Shown here: positions 28,702 through 37,774 of the stretch, one piece after another
How the letters are laid out: each line of letters begins with the position of its first letter
Position numbering within the stretch: position 1 is the stretch's first letter
Assembly: GCA_900128585.1 (NCBI GenBank)
Contig: LT642191.1
Coordinates: 1-37,774, forward strand
Length of the DNA stretch: 37,774 nucleotides
Direction: 5' to 3'
Source: Stramenopiles sp. TOSAG23-3
Taxonomy: Eukaryota
Notes under the pieces: model-generated
What the model saw: only the letters and a program-made list of their open reading frames with translations
Told to the model about the DNA's origin: nothing
Databases searched by the model: none
Position numbers and translations under genes: made by a program

Positions 28702-31011
28702 TTATAAATTGCAATTTCCATGCATGGACGCTGACGCATTTGGCAAATACTCCCATTGATCCCCCCAAAAACCGGCTGCCACAACACCAGCGAGAGATGT
28801 TGCCCCCCCCCTCCCCGTTTTATACCCCTTCCCCGCAATAACAAAATCAGGTAGGCGATGTTGCCAGCTATTCGTTTGAAACATATTGGATCGAAGCAGC
28901 TCTACGGCTTTATCGAACCCGCTGAGGGTAGTCCCAGCAACAATTGCTGCGAGTCCAGGCACTCTGGGCCCAATGCTGACGATGGCAACTCCGGGCTCAG
29001 TGAAACTGCAATGTTTACCAATACCAAATCCACCTTCAATTTGACTTTGAATGTCTTTCGAACGAATTGAGCGGAATGGAAAAAGAACAGATCTTGATAC
29101 AGAATTGCTCTGTTTACCACCAAAAAGAATGACATTTTGAGCCAGGACTGTGTCCAGATGAACGAGTTTTTTGTCACTCACGACTGGGACAGATCCACCA
29201 ACCACGGTAGCCCAGGAATTTGCAAACTTGATGGCCTCTTGTTTGTAGTGCCTTGTTACCTTGGCCACGCCCGTTGTGCCATAAACAATAGCAAACGGGG
29301 CGGCAAATACTCGTCGAACAGGGCCACTGTTTCTCTCAATATCGTCTGACCGCCTGCCTTCCTTGCGCAAGTCGTCGGTCCATTCCCTTCCAACTTGTTC
29401 CTTTCGAACATAGTCTCCATAATCTCTCTTCTTTGTTTTCAACAATTCAAAACTTTGACCATCCAGTACAACTTTTTTGAACGAGCCCATATATTGGTTC
29501 AGATTGAGGATACGTAAACGTGCAACATTCACTGTTTGGATATTGATTGTGAGGAATTCTTTAGAATATGACATCTCAAAGCTGGACATTTGACCAGGGA
29601 CCTGCTGCGCAAGGACTCGAACGCCCGCGCTGCTTCCACAAGAAACTGGATTTGCACAGCTGAAGTAAACGGGTTGTTCGTACTTCCGATCCTTACTCTC
29701 CCCTTTGCGAAGGACCCTTTTCCAAAATTTGCGGAGCTGCCCATCGTCGACAGCTCCCCCATCGTTGGTGTGCACAGTATCCCACCACCAATGTTCTTTA
29801 CCCTCTAAAAATACGATCCGTTTTTCAACCCCAGCAATAGCCTTCCACAGCACGCCCCTGGGCTTCTTGATCTTGTTTTCCGACCACGTCACCCCAGCGG
29901 AAGCAAAAAGGGTGCCCATGTGTTTCGTAGCTCGGGGGTCTATGACTCGGTCTTGAAGGCCCGTTCTGGCAAAAAATGGGAGGTTGAGTAAATTTTTCAC
30001 CACCGCATCTCCACGATACTCAGTCACAGAGCTGTCGACGACCTTCCAGATCTGTTCCATTTGACCGTGGACCTCTGCTGGCTTCTGCATTTCGGTAGTA
30101 CCAAGGGTGGCCATCCCAGCCAACGTGGCCACACCCACCGCCATGTCCGGATAATGGGCTCCAAAAAACCAGGCACCGAATCCACCGTTGCTGTGCCCCG
30201 TGAAAATTACTTTCCACGGCCGGTTTGCTACGGTCACACGGTCGAAAGTCCACCTTGCAGCTAACTCTGACAGACTTCGGAGTGCCCTGAGAGCATGCCA
30301 GTGTCCGGGTCCTTGCCAGTTAGTAGCATGTGTTCCTCTTCCATGCGGGGCCAAAACCCACAAATCGGGCTTTGGCCTGTAGCAATCAGCCTGGCGCTGT
30401 GCCGTTACATCCATACCATGAGTAGATAATAAAACCGCGCATCCATCTTCAGGACAGCCGGTCCGATTGCCATACTTTGAAGATACTTTTGGAAATTTTG
30501 CTGCAGCAATCTGGGGGGAACCGTCGACGTCAAGGAAGACAAACGTAATTCGGTCGTGAATGGTGCGGCACAGGAGCTTGTAGTATTTTCCTGTGGCAGC
30601 AGTGTCTCCAATATTAACCTCCAGCCGAACCTTGAAAGGACACGCCTCCTGGGGTATAGCCGTCCCATTTACTTGCCGTAGCGGTGCGTGCAAACTTACC
30701 CGCTGTCCAGCTTTCACATCAATTGGCACCTCCGAAACAGTTGGCAAAATAAAGCGAGACCCTTTCACAGCAAGGCGTACGCCCTTGACGTTCCGCCTAC
30801 CACGATTTACAACTCTCAAAAAAATAATTCCACCAAAAACTCGCCCTTCGACAACGTCGGGAAGTTCATGACCAGTGTTCCAGTCATCGTAGGCAAGAAG
30901 TGGAAATATCTCGAGATTCTGCTTTCCCTTACGTTTCCTTCCTCCTGCAGTCAAAACACAGAGAGCCCAGCAGCAGAGAACAACAATGGACAGAAAACGC
31001 GTTGTTACCAT
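28702..31011 (-). CDS. Secreted/membrane-anchored alpha/beta-hydrolase (peptidase S9/esterase-like)
   Basis: N-terminal hydrophobic signal, LSTHG, nucleophile elbow GHSNGG, G..DRVI (Asp candidate), HWW (His candidate), C-terminal PFAIVYGT..NVILFGG domain. First ATG is at 31011. Confidence 0.75.
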   Translation of the reverse strand: MVTTRFLSIVVLCCWALCVLTAGGRKRKGKQNLEIFPLLAYDDWNTGHELPDVVEGRVFGGIIFLRVVNRGRRNVKGVRLAVKGSRFILPTVSEVPIDVKAGQRVSLHAPLRQVNGTAIPQEACPFKVRLEVNIGDTAATGKYYKLLCRTIHDRITFVFLDVDGSPQIAAAKFPKVSSKYGNRTGCPEDGCAVLLSTHGMDVTAQRQADCYRPKPDLWVLAPHGRGTHATNWQGPGHWHALRALRSLSELAARWTFDRVTVANRPWKVIFTGHSNGGFGAWFFGAHYPDMAVGVATLAGMATLGTTEMQKPAEVHGQMEQIWKVVDSSVTEYRGDAVVKNLLNLPFFARTGLQDRVIDPRATKHMGTLFASAGVTWSENKIKKPRGVLWKAIAGVEKRIVFLEGKEHWWWDTVHTNDGGAVDDGQLRKFWKRVLRKGESKDRKYEQPVYFSCANPVSCGSSAGVRVLAQQVPGQMSSFEMSYSKEFLTINIQTVNVARLRILNLNQYMGSFKKVVLDGQSFELLKTKKRDYGDYVRKEQVGREWTDDLRKEGRRSDDIERNSGPVRRVFAAPFAIVYGTTGVAKVTRHYKQEAIKFANSWATVVGGSVPVVSDKKLVHLDTVLAQNVILFGGKQSNSVSRSVLFPFRSIRSKDIQSQIEGGFGIGKHCSFTEPGVAIVSIGPRVPGLAAIVAGTTLSGFDKAVELLRSNMFQTNSWQHRLPDFVIAGKGYKTGRGGATSLAGVVAAGFWGDQWEYLPNASASMHGNCNL

Positions 31012-31745
31012 GAACAACCGCACCCAAACCACGATACAGAAAATAATGTATAATGCAAAAAAGTTTCCTGTTAAAATCAGCGATCATATCTTCCATTTAT
31101 TGTTGACTCTATATAGTCTTTTCAAATACTAGATGACCATGTGAAAAGAATGTAATTTAAAACCATGGCGACACAGATCAATTATGAAGAAAAAAAAAGA
31201 AAAAAAAAAAAAAAGAAGGGAAAAATAATAAAAGAGAAGAAAGAGGGGGTTAAAAGTCGTCTATTATTGTGTATTGTATAGACACAGCATAGTACAAATA
31301 ATAGATCTTCATAAAAAAAAAGATTCTCGCCGCCCTTCGCTCTCATACCTCGTATTTGTTGTTTGTTTTGGCTTTTCCTCTGCTCTGCTGTTTAATGTTT
31401 AAAATGGATTACATTTCTGCTGTATCTTTGAATTAGTTTCAGTTGTGTGTTCGTATATTAATAATTGGAATAATCCAAATTATTTATATGGGAGGAGTAT
31501 TATTATTTTTTTTTAATTATTATTTTATTATATTTTAGATACAAACGACGGTTCAAAATGTTCTACAATAATAAAGATTAGCCACATGTAAAATCAATTA
31601 GTTCGATTAAAACACGGCAGCCTGATATTCGTCTACTGTTTCCCGTAGAGTATAAAGGTACGGATTGCATATCATTCTCATCCATTTTTTGATAATTTGT
31701 ACTCTACTAACAGGTGGTGCGATACCGGACTGTTTACTCTTAGAG

Positions 31746-34700
31746 ATGGTGCAGAAGAACAAACAGCGTTCGAAGTCGAAACGGGTGCTCAAAAAGACTG
31801 TGCTTTCTGGGGAATCAGTTACAGGGCAACCGTCAGGGGCGAAGCCAGGATGGATATTCAAAACAAATAAAATTGCGCTTCTTTACGATTGTCTCCTATT
31901 CACAGCATTCTCTTTTTGCTTCATATTCGGCATGTCACTGTACACACTAATACTTGGGTTGACGCTGACCACAGTGAAGTGGGCATTGTCGCCCCCGGAT
32001 CGAAAAATTAAGAAGGAATTTTACGACACACCAAGGCGTTTTCTATTAACTGGTTCGGCCAGTGGCATGTCTCAACACTTAACTAAAACGCTTTTATCGC
32101 GCGGACATTATGTATGCGCGACAGACATAATGTATACCCAGCTTCTTCAACAGTACCCCGGAGAAAACAGACCAACGAATTTATTACTACAGAAGTTAGA
32201 CGTTACGAATTCAGACAACTGGGACGAGGTAGTTGGTTCGTGTGTTGAGGTGTGGGGAGGGCTTGATGTTGTCTTCAACATAGCTGGTGTATTATGCCCG
32301 CACAAAATCCAAGACGCAACGCTTAAAGAAATTAATTTGCAACTCGATGTAAACATCAAAGGCGTAGTTTTGGGGACACGCGCGGCGGCCAGGTGCTTTC
32401 TTTCTCATCCCCCTGCCTCACCCTCATCACCACGGGGGCACATTGTAAACTTTTCGTCCATGGGGGGGTTGGCTACAGTGTCAGGGGTCACGTTGTACGC
32501 CGCCAGTAAGTTTGCAGTTCGTGGCTTTAGCTCCGCGTCTTCGAAAGACCTGGCGAACGCTAACATTGCGGTGTCGTGTTTCATGCCCGATGCCGTCCAA
32601 ACCCCAATGGTCGATTTGCAATTGAACTTCGACGAAGCGTCAATGGCGTTTTCAGGCGAGATATTGTCATTAGAAGAAGTGGAAGATTGTATAATGAATA
32701 CCGTATTGATCGAACGGCCAGTGGAGCAATGGCTTTCGTCCCGGGCGAATGTTGCAAGGTTCGGAGATATTTTTGGTGCCTCGCGTGCCGTAGCTCTTGC
32801 CGAATGGTCCATGCGTAGCACTGGCGTCCAACGCCAAAATGCTTTGATGGAAGAAAAGCACAGCACGAACCAAAGGTCTTTTGGGGCATCGCACCTCCCG
32901 GACTTGAGAACTGTCAAGAGAAACGTTTGCGTAAAGTACATCCTACGCGCCTTCTACTTTCTTTGCTTCCTAGAAATTTATTCAAGATTTCTGGTCAATG
33001 TTCGTCTAGAAACAGCGGAGGACATTGCACTCAAAAATGTTAAGAATATTGTTGGGAAGCGGTTTGTAGTGACTGGTGGGTCAGCAGGAATTGGGCTTGA
33101 AACTGCCCGAGTGCTGACCAAATATGGTGGAATGGTTACCATTGCCAGTCGGTCCCAATACAGGGGGGAGCTGGCAGCCTCTTCTATAAACGGACAGGCC
33201 GATAGTGTAAGTGGTGGGCAAGCAACGTTTGAACAGCTTGACTTGTCATCGTTTGATTCCGTTAACAAATTCGTAGATCGTCAATTGCACGCGCAGCAAA
33301 AAACGGACGTTTGGATTTTAAACGCTGGGCGTATATCTCCAAACTTTGAACGGACAAGCGACGGTGTAGAGTCGACCTTGCAGGTGAACTTTCTATCTCA
33401 CCAGCTGCTGATGGATCGTATTTTACGGAAAGAAGGGAAGAACAACAATACAGAGAAAGGACCAACGGTGGTCTCGTTATCTAGCTGGGGGCCTGCACGT
33501 TACTCTAAACTTGGAAACCTTGTTAATGGGGGTCTTCACCATGTACTGAAGAGGGACGAGTATCCATTTATCTTGCCCGGGGTCTATGGCATTTCCAAAC
33601 AGGCCACGGTCCGCTTTGCACGGGAGATATTTAAGCGTTTTGGTGCGCGTTCGTTCAGCGTTCACCCGGGGCTAGTCTCAACAAAATTGGGAACAACGCG
33701 CGGTAATAAACTGGAAGAATACGGAGCTGCATTATGGTGGTACATGGCATCAAAATTTACAAAAGTAAAATCAGTTCAAGAGGGCGCTGCAACGACAGTC
33801 CTGTGCGCCACCGACCGAGCAATTGACGGCAGGGGATTGTTCTACAGCGACAACGCGCTCGCAGAATACCCAAAAGACGAAGACAACGACATTTCAAAAA
33901 TTCACGACCGAGCAAACAGAGATGCAAATGCCTACGATGAAGGCTTAAGAATTATCAACGATGCGTTGGCTGGAAAGTACCGGAAGACTGGTACCGGCGC
34001 GGACAATACAATTAGCACCGTAGGTGTTTGGTTTAATGTAGACAGTTCTGGCACAGCCACAACAACCCTGGTTTCCGTAGTGTTGCACGTTATAGTGCAT
34101 CGTATACTCTTTCTCATTGCCGAGTATCTAGTGCAATCGAAGCTTGGTGAAAATCAAAAGATATCATCAAAAAATATCCGGCCAGTCATGATAAGTTTGG
34201 AACAGCGCCGCTCGACGTATTCTGCGATTATCGACGGAATGTACTGCTCATTCCTGTTGAAGTACGGACTAATTGGGAGCGGTTCGTACCTTCTTGGTGG
34301 TTTCATTGTCCTGTTTTGGACGGACTTTCATTTTTATGTGACGCACCGTTTAATGCACATGTCGACGTTTCTGTACAAGAATGTTCATTACATTCATCAC
34401 CAAAGTCACAACCCAAATGTTTGGAGCTCATTAAGTTTTCACCCAGTAGAAGCATTTATTTTCTTTTCAGCTTACTTAATTGTTTTAATCGTTCCAATGC
34501 CAACAGTGGTTTGGTGGGCCTTCAAGTTTGGGATGGTAATTGGACCGCTCCATGCACACATTGGCTACGATTTGGGAGCAATTGTGAAAGGCCCAGCCCA
34601 TCACTATTTGCATCATGCATTCAAAGATGGCAATTATGGTGGATTTCCAACGGGAATCTGGGATAAGTTGTTCAACACTGAATTGGACAGCAATGGGCAC

Positions 34701-36410
34701 AAAAAGGTGTCCAGCCCCGAGAGTAAATATTCACCGTCTTCCTTTCGAAAATGTCTTTTCTTTTTTCTCCTCTCCCAATTTGTATTCGATTACAATATTC
34801 CGCTGTGGACCATAGGGGCCGGATCGGTTTTGGTTTGGATTGCGTTGCTCGATGGCATGCTTGTTATTTTTCCAGGGGCATTTGAGCGCAAGTGGGACCA
34901 AAAAAAGGTTTTCGTTGTTGGTCTAAGTCGTACAGGGACAACATCCATCACAGAAGCACTTAACATGCTCGGCATCCGCACTCACCACTTTTGCGGTCCA
35001 TTGGTGAAACTTGCCTCTGGGCATGGGGGTAGCCATAAAATTGTGGAAGCCTACGTTGACAATTTGGACGGCCACACAGATATCTCACCGACAATCGTTG
35101 CGGAGGAACTTGCTGAAAAATACCCCGAGGCACGCTTTATATACACAACACGACCACGCGACGAATGGGCCCATGCGCTCGTGCGTTTTGTCAGTGAAGA
35201 GCCGAGAAAAACATTGTTCAAAAACCACCCAACGCCTTTCAATTTTTACAATGCGGCGTACGGTGAGGGATGGTCTTCCTACGATGCAGTAGAATGGCAG
35301 CACATTCATGATGCCCACGAAAAGCGCATGCAGAATTTAAGAAAGCAAGTAGGCACCAAACGCTTTTTGAAGATTGATATCACTGCCCTTGGCAAGAAAG
35401 GCAAAGACACAACGCTATGGAATATACTGGGGGATTTTCTTGACGTGGATGTTTCAAATGCCCCTAAGAAATTTCCCCATCGTTATGTGTTTCAGTATTC
35501 GGCGATTGATCAACCAAAGCGACAAATTAATTATTTGTTGCAACGCATAGTGTCAAAAACCTGGGTCCTGTTATTTCTGTTTGCATTGGTGTACGGTGGT
35601 CGATTCTTTGATTCGGGTCAATGTACAAGAGCATGCCGTGTCTGGAACGGAGAATCAAAGATGAAGCACGGAAAACCCATACCAATACTTGCGGGGACGT
35701 CCGGAAATTGGTTCGAACCCCCCGATGTTTCCGGGGTTCGTATTGGTTGGCAGACGTGCCAATGTTTCTCAAGCGAAAGTACAAGAATCTTGAAGGGAAG
35801 ACGAATCCCCCGGCTTCACTCACCAATTGAAACAAAAGATCAATGGTGGTTTCGCCCAGAGACAACGGCGGTGTGCAGCGACGAAGGCAAGGAATACGAC
35901 CATGCGAAAGATGTCCCAACTGGAGACACCACCGTTTCCAATTGCGGTCGTTGTGGAAAGTGCAATGTTCACGATGCAGATGCGATGCACATCCGCAAAA
36001 GCACGTTGACTAAGCGCGCTTCTGTTGGTGCAATACTGTACTTGTTTTTTGGTCAAGCTGCGCATCGAATCTTTTTTCGATCGGGAATTGTAGGATTTAG
36101 TCAAACCTGTGCGGAGTGTTGGCTGGAGGCAACAAGGTGCAACCTTGCAAGCTGCGCTCAGTACTGCTTGTTTGGCTGGGAGAATCCTCTGTCGGTACAA
36201 AGTACAACAGATGGCACGAAACTGAATGCTTGCATGCATTGTGATGAGATCTATTGCAGTGCTTATTACTTGCAGTCATGCGGTACAAATCGAAGGGCCG
36301 CCGGTGTTGTCACAGATATCCTGCGCCCAGAAAAAGATGTTTGCGAGGCTGCTCTCAGAGGGTATGATGCGAGGGCAAGGAGGCAAGGAGGAGGCAAGAG
36401 TTCGCCGTAG
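31746..36410 (+). CDS. Multidomain membrane enzyme: SDR + SDR + sterol desaturase/fatty-acid hydroxylase + sulfotransferase + Cys-rich domain
   Basis: SDR1: TGSASGM (32049), NIAG, YAASK (32496). SDR2: TGGSAGIG (33072), NAG, YGISK (33585), VHPGLV. His boxes HRLMH/HYIHH/HAH/HHYLHH..WDKLF (34344-34673). Sulfotransferase: KVFVVGLSRTGTTS..ALNMLG..YPEARFIYTTR (34905-35480). Cys-rich tail with CDE..C and NRR. First ATG is at 31746, with no internal stops. Confidence 0.85.
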   Translation: MVQKNKQRSKSKRVLKKTVLSGESVTGQPSGAKPGWIFKTNKIALLYDCLLFTAFSFCFIFGMSLYTLILGLTLTTVKWALSPPDRKIKKEFYDTPRRFLLTGSASGMSQHLTKTLLSRGHYVCATDIMYTQLLQQYPGENRPTNLLLQKLDVTNSDNWDEVVGSCVEVWGGLDVVFNIAGVLCPHKIQDATLKEINLQLDVNIKGVVLGTRAAARCFLSHPPASPSSPRGHIVNFSSMGGLATVSGVTLYAASKFAVRGFSSASSKDLANANIAVSCFMPDAVQTPMVDLQLNFDEASMAFSGEILSLEEVEDCIMNTVLIERPVEQWLSSRANVARFGDIFGASRAVALAEWSMRSTGVQRQNALMEEKHSTNQRSFGASHLPDLRTVKRNVCVKYILRAFYFLCFLEIYSRFLVNVRLETAEDIALKNVKNIVGKRFVVTGGSAGIGLETARVLTKYGGMVTIASRSQYRGELAASSINGQADSVSGGQATFEQLDLSSFDSVNKFVDRQLHAQQKTDVWILNAGRISPNFERTSDGVESTLQVNFLSHQLLMDRILRKEGKNNNTEKGPTVVSLSSWGPARYSKLGNLVNGGLHHVLKRDEYPFILPGVYGISKQATVRFAREIFKRFGARSFSVHPGLVSTKLGTTRGNKLEEYGAALWWYMASKFTKVKSVQEGAATTVLCATDRAIDGRGLFYSDNALAEYPKDEDNDISKIHDRANRDANAYDEGLRIINDALAGKYRKTGTGADNTISTVGVWFNVDSSGTATTTLVSVVLHVIVHRILFLIAEYLVQSKLGENQKISSKNIRPVMISLEQRRSTYSAIIDGMYCSFLLKYGLIGSGSYLLGGFIVLFWTDFHFYVTHRLMHMSTFLYKNVHYIHHQSHNPNVWSSLSFHPVEAFIFFSAYLIVLIVPMPTVVWWAFKFGMVIGPLHAHIGYDLGAIVKGPAHHYLHHAFKDGNYGGFPTGIWDKLFNTELDSNGHKKVSSPESKYSPSSFRKCLFFFLLSQFVFDYNIPLWTIGAGSVLVWIALLDGMLVIFPGAFERKWDQKKVFVVGLSRTGTTSITEALNMLGIRTHHFCGPLVKLASGHGGSHKIVEAYVDNLDGHTDISPTIVAEELAEKYPEARFIYTTRPRDEWAHALVRFVSEEPRKTLFKNHPTPFNFYNAAYGEGWSSYDAVEWQHIHDAHEKRMQNLRKQVGTKRFLKIDITALGKKGKDTTLWNILGDFLDVDVSNAPKKFPHRYVFQYSAIDQPKRQINYLLQRIVSKTWVLLFLFALVYGGRFFDSGQCTRACRVWNGESKMKHGKPIPILAGTSGNWFEPPDVSGVRIGWQTCQCFSSESTRILKGRRIPRLHSPIETKDQWWFRPETTAVCSDEGKEYDHAKDVPTGDTTVSNCGRCGKCNVHDADAMHIRKSTLTKRASVGAILYLFFGQAAHRIFFRSGIVGFSQTCAECWLEATRCNLASCAQYCLFGWENPLSVQSTTDGTKLNACMHCDEIYCSAYYLQSCGTNRRAAGVVTDILRPEKDVCEAALRGYDARARRQGGGKSSP

Positions 36411-37177
36411 TCGTCTAGTTATCGGTGGTACGTACCGTGCCTTTTTTCTTTATGTCGAGGGAAGGACACGTAATGAGTATGTGAGTGTTAAATTTCAGAC
36501 ACAGCAAGGTTCTGGTTGCGGAAATTCTAGTACTAAAATACGTATACTAACTGGTACATTCGAGTACGAACCACCTCGAACATTTAATAAATCCGTTTTT
36601 GGATTTTCTAGAATCGACCGTGTGACGTGTGACTCGCTATTTTTTTACCTGTACGGTGGTACCTGGTATTACCTGCAGACACTGACTTTAATACTATTAT
36701 TAATTAATACCACCAGTGTTGTACAATGTGTAGTTTGTTAATCAGGTAGGTACAGGTACCGGTATTAATATAATATTGAGCGTCGACGACCGTCGTACCT
36801 AAAATCTACAACAGTTTTGCTTCTCTTCTGACACTCCTGAAGTTGTATTCCTGCCTTCAAGTGCCTTCCACATACTAATACAAAAAGTGAAGATCTGTAC
36901 TTACATGTAACTCAAAAGATTTAGTCACTTTCCACGCCCCATTGGTACCCCAAACACCACTTTGCCCCAGAACCAAAAACGACTCCCGCGAAGGTGCCCG
37001 GAAAACATTGTTTAAAAAGTTGCAAAACGGTATGTAACCACCTATCCAAGATAAACCGACGTTCCACTCGTATAAAGACAAAGTTCATCTTTTTTGTTTG
37101 TAACGGCTCTACTGATAGATAGGGGAGTTTGAACAAGTTCTCGAAGTGGTTCGTTCCAAACTAAATCTTTTCATCAC

Positions 37178-37774
37178 ATGGCGTCTGGCTGGAGACGCAA
37201 AGGAGTCCAGCGGACAGTGACAGAGAGCACGCAAGGCAAACGTTTCATAATCTCCGAGCCGGATGTGCAAGTGTGGAACGTGGATGGGAGTGCCTCCGAC
37301 CAACTTTATTCCGGCAGCTGGATCCAAAAGTGGGAGTCTGAGGCTGACCAGATTCGTAGCATGTGTGCATATCATGGTTGCGGTCGCAGGTCAGAGCACG
37401 GAGGCCATGTCTGGATAAAAAAAAAGGGTGTGTATTTGGTGCAGCTGTGCGCTCGTTGCAACTCGCCGAAGAATCAGGAGCGACAGCAGAACGCACACGG
37501 GGGTCACTCGCATCTGAAATTGGGCACGGTCGCAATTGGACTGGGCCCGCTCACAGAAGACATGCGTCGCTGCGAGCGGCGGATATCCAGGGAATCATCA
37601 GGAAGCGCTCATTGTGGCGGGAGGAGCAGCGCGCCAGTGCGCAAACCACCACGCAAAGCGTCCACTGCTGCCGTGCCGCGCGGCGGTCGAGTAGGTTCAG
37701 GCGGCGGTAGAAGCTCCGGGGCGAAGAGAAAGCGAGCGAGTCGGTGCTGCAAGAGCTGTAACGCGGACATCGCT
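37178..37774 (+). CDS. Window-truncated ORF (>199 aa) with His/Cys-finger domain, absent from the ORF track
   Basis: MASGWRRKG..VWNVDGSASDQLYSGSWIQKWESE..MCAYHGCGRRSEHGGHVWIKKKGVYLVQLCARCNSP..CCKSCNADIA, open to the window end. An in-frame TGA lies upstream at 37130. Confidence 0.7.
   Translation, partial: MASGWRRKGVQRTVTESTQGKRFIISEPDVQVWNVDGSASDQLYSGSWIQKWESEADQIRSMCAYHGCGRRSEHGGHVWIKKKGVYLVQLCARCNSPKNQERQQNAHGGHSHLKLGTVAIGLGPLTEDMRRCERRISRESSGSAHCGGRSSAPVRKPPRKASTAAVPRGGRVGSGGGRSSGAKRKRASRCCKSCNADIA

Noticed and set aside
31665-31745. Non-ATG N-terminal extensions given by the ORF track (also at 4329, 6680, 23218, 27161, 31032)
   Set aside because: Eukaryotic context; the first in-frame ATG gives a sensible N-terminus in each case.
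36640-36800. GTAC/GGTACC-rich stretch with weak inverted symmetry
   Set aside because: Low-complexity; no convincing stem or element boundaries.
36875-37710. Short listed ORFs at the right end (36875-37081, 36921-37136, 37109-37375, 37245-37535, 37363-37710)
   Set aside because: No motifs; the region from 37178 onward is better explained by the unlisted plus-strand frame.

Overview
Eukaryotic (protist-like, probably flagellated; lineage not determinable here) genomic scaffold with one 16-N gap (3636-3651). It has GC-moderate, apparently intronless genes separated by very AT-rich spacers with (GAA)n/(TTC)n tracts. Recognisable products: MATH-BTB-SAP protein, UDG-superfamily glycosylase, CWF19L1, ML/NPC2-like lipid-binding protein, PPT1, IQANK1-like ankyrin protein, Rab21, a 1719-aa ARM-repeat protein, PYROXD2, a SHIPPO/STPG-repeat protein, STIMATE/YPL162C, a CID-domain protein and a secreted GHSNGG alpha/beta-hydrolase. 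The most striking element is a single ~1550-aa ORF (31746-36410) fusing two SDR domains, a His-box sterol desaturase/hydroxylase, a sulfotransferase and a Cys-rich module, which could be a one-polypeptide sterol/lipid oxidation-sulfation pathway. Other notable items: a 20-28 bp motif (AAGAAAATTGGCTGTTATTT) found five times near gene 3' ends, orphan fragments of importin-5 and a CMGC kinase, a MITE-like element with terminal inverted repeats, and an unlisted window-truncated ORF (37178->end) with a His/Cys-finger nuclease-like motif. All assignments come from motif recognition by eye; no searches were run.
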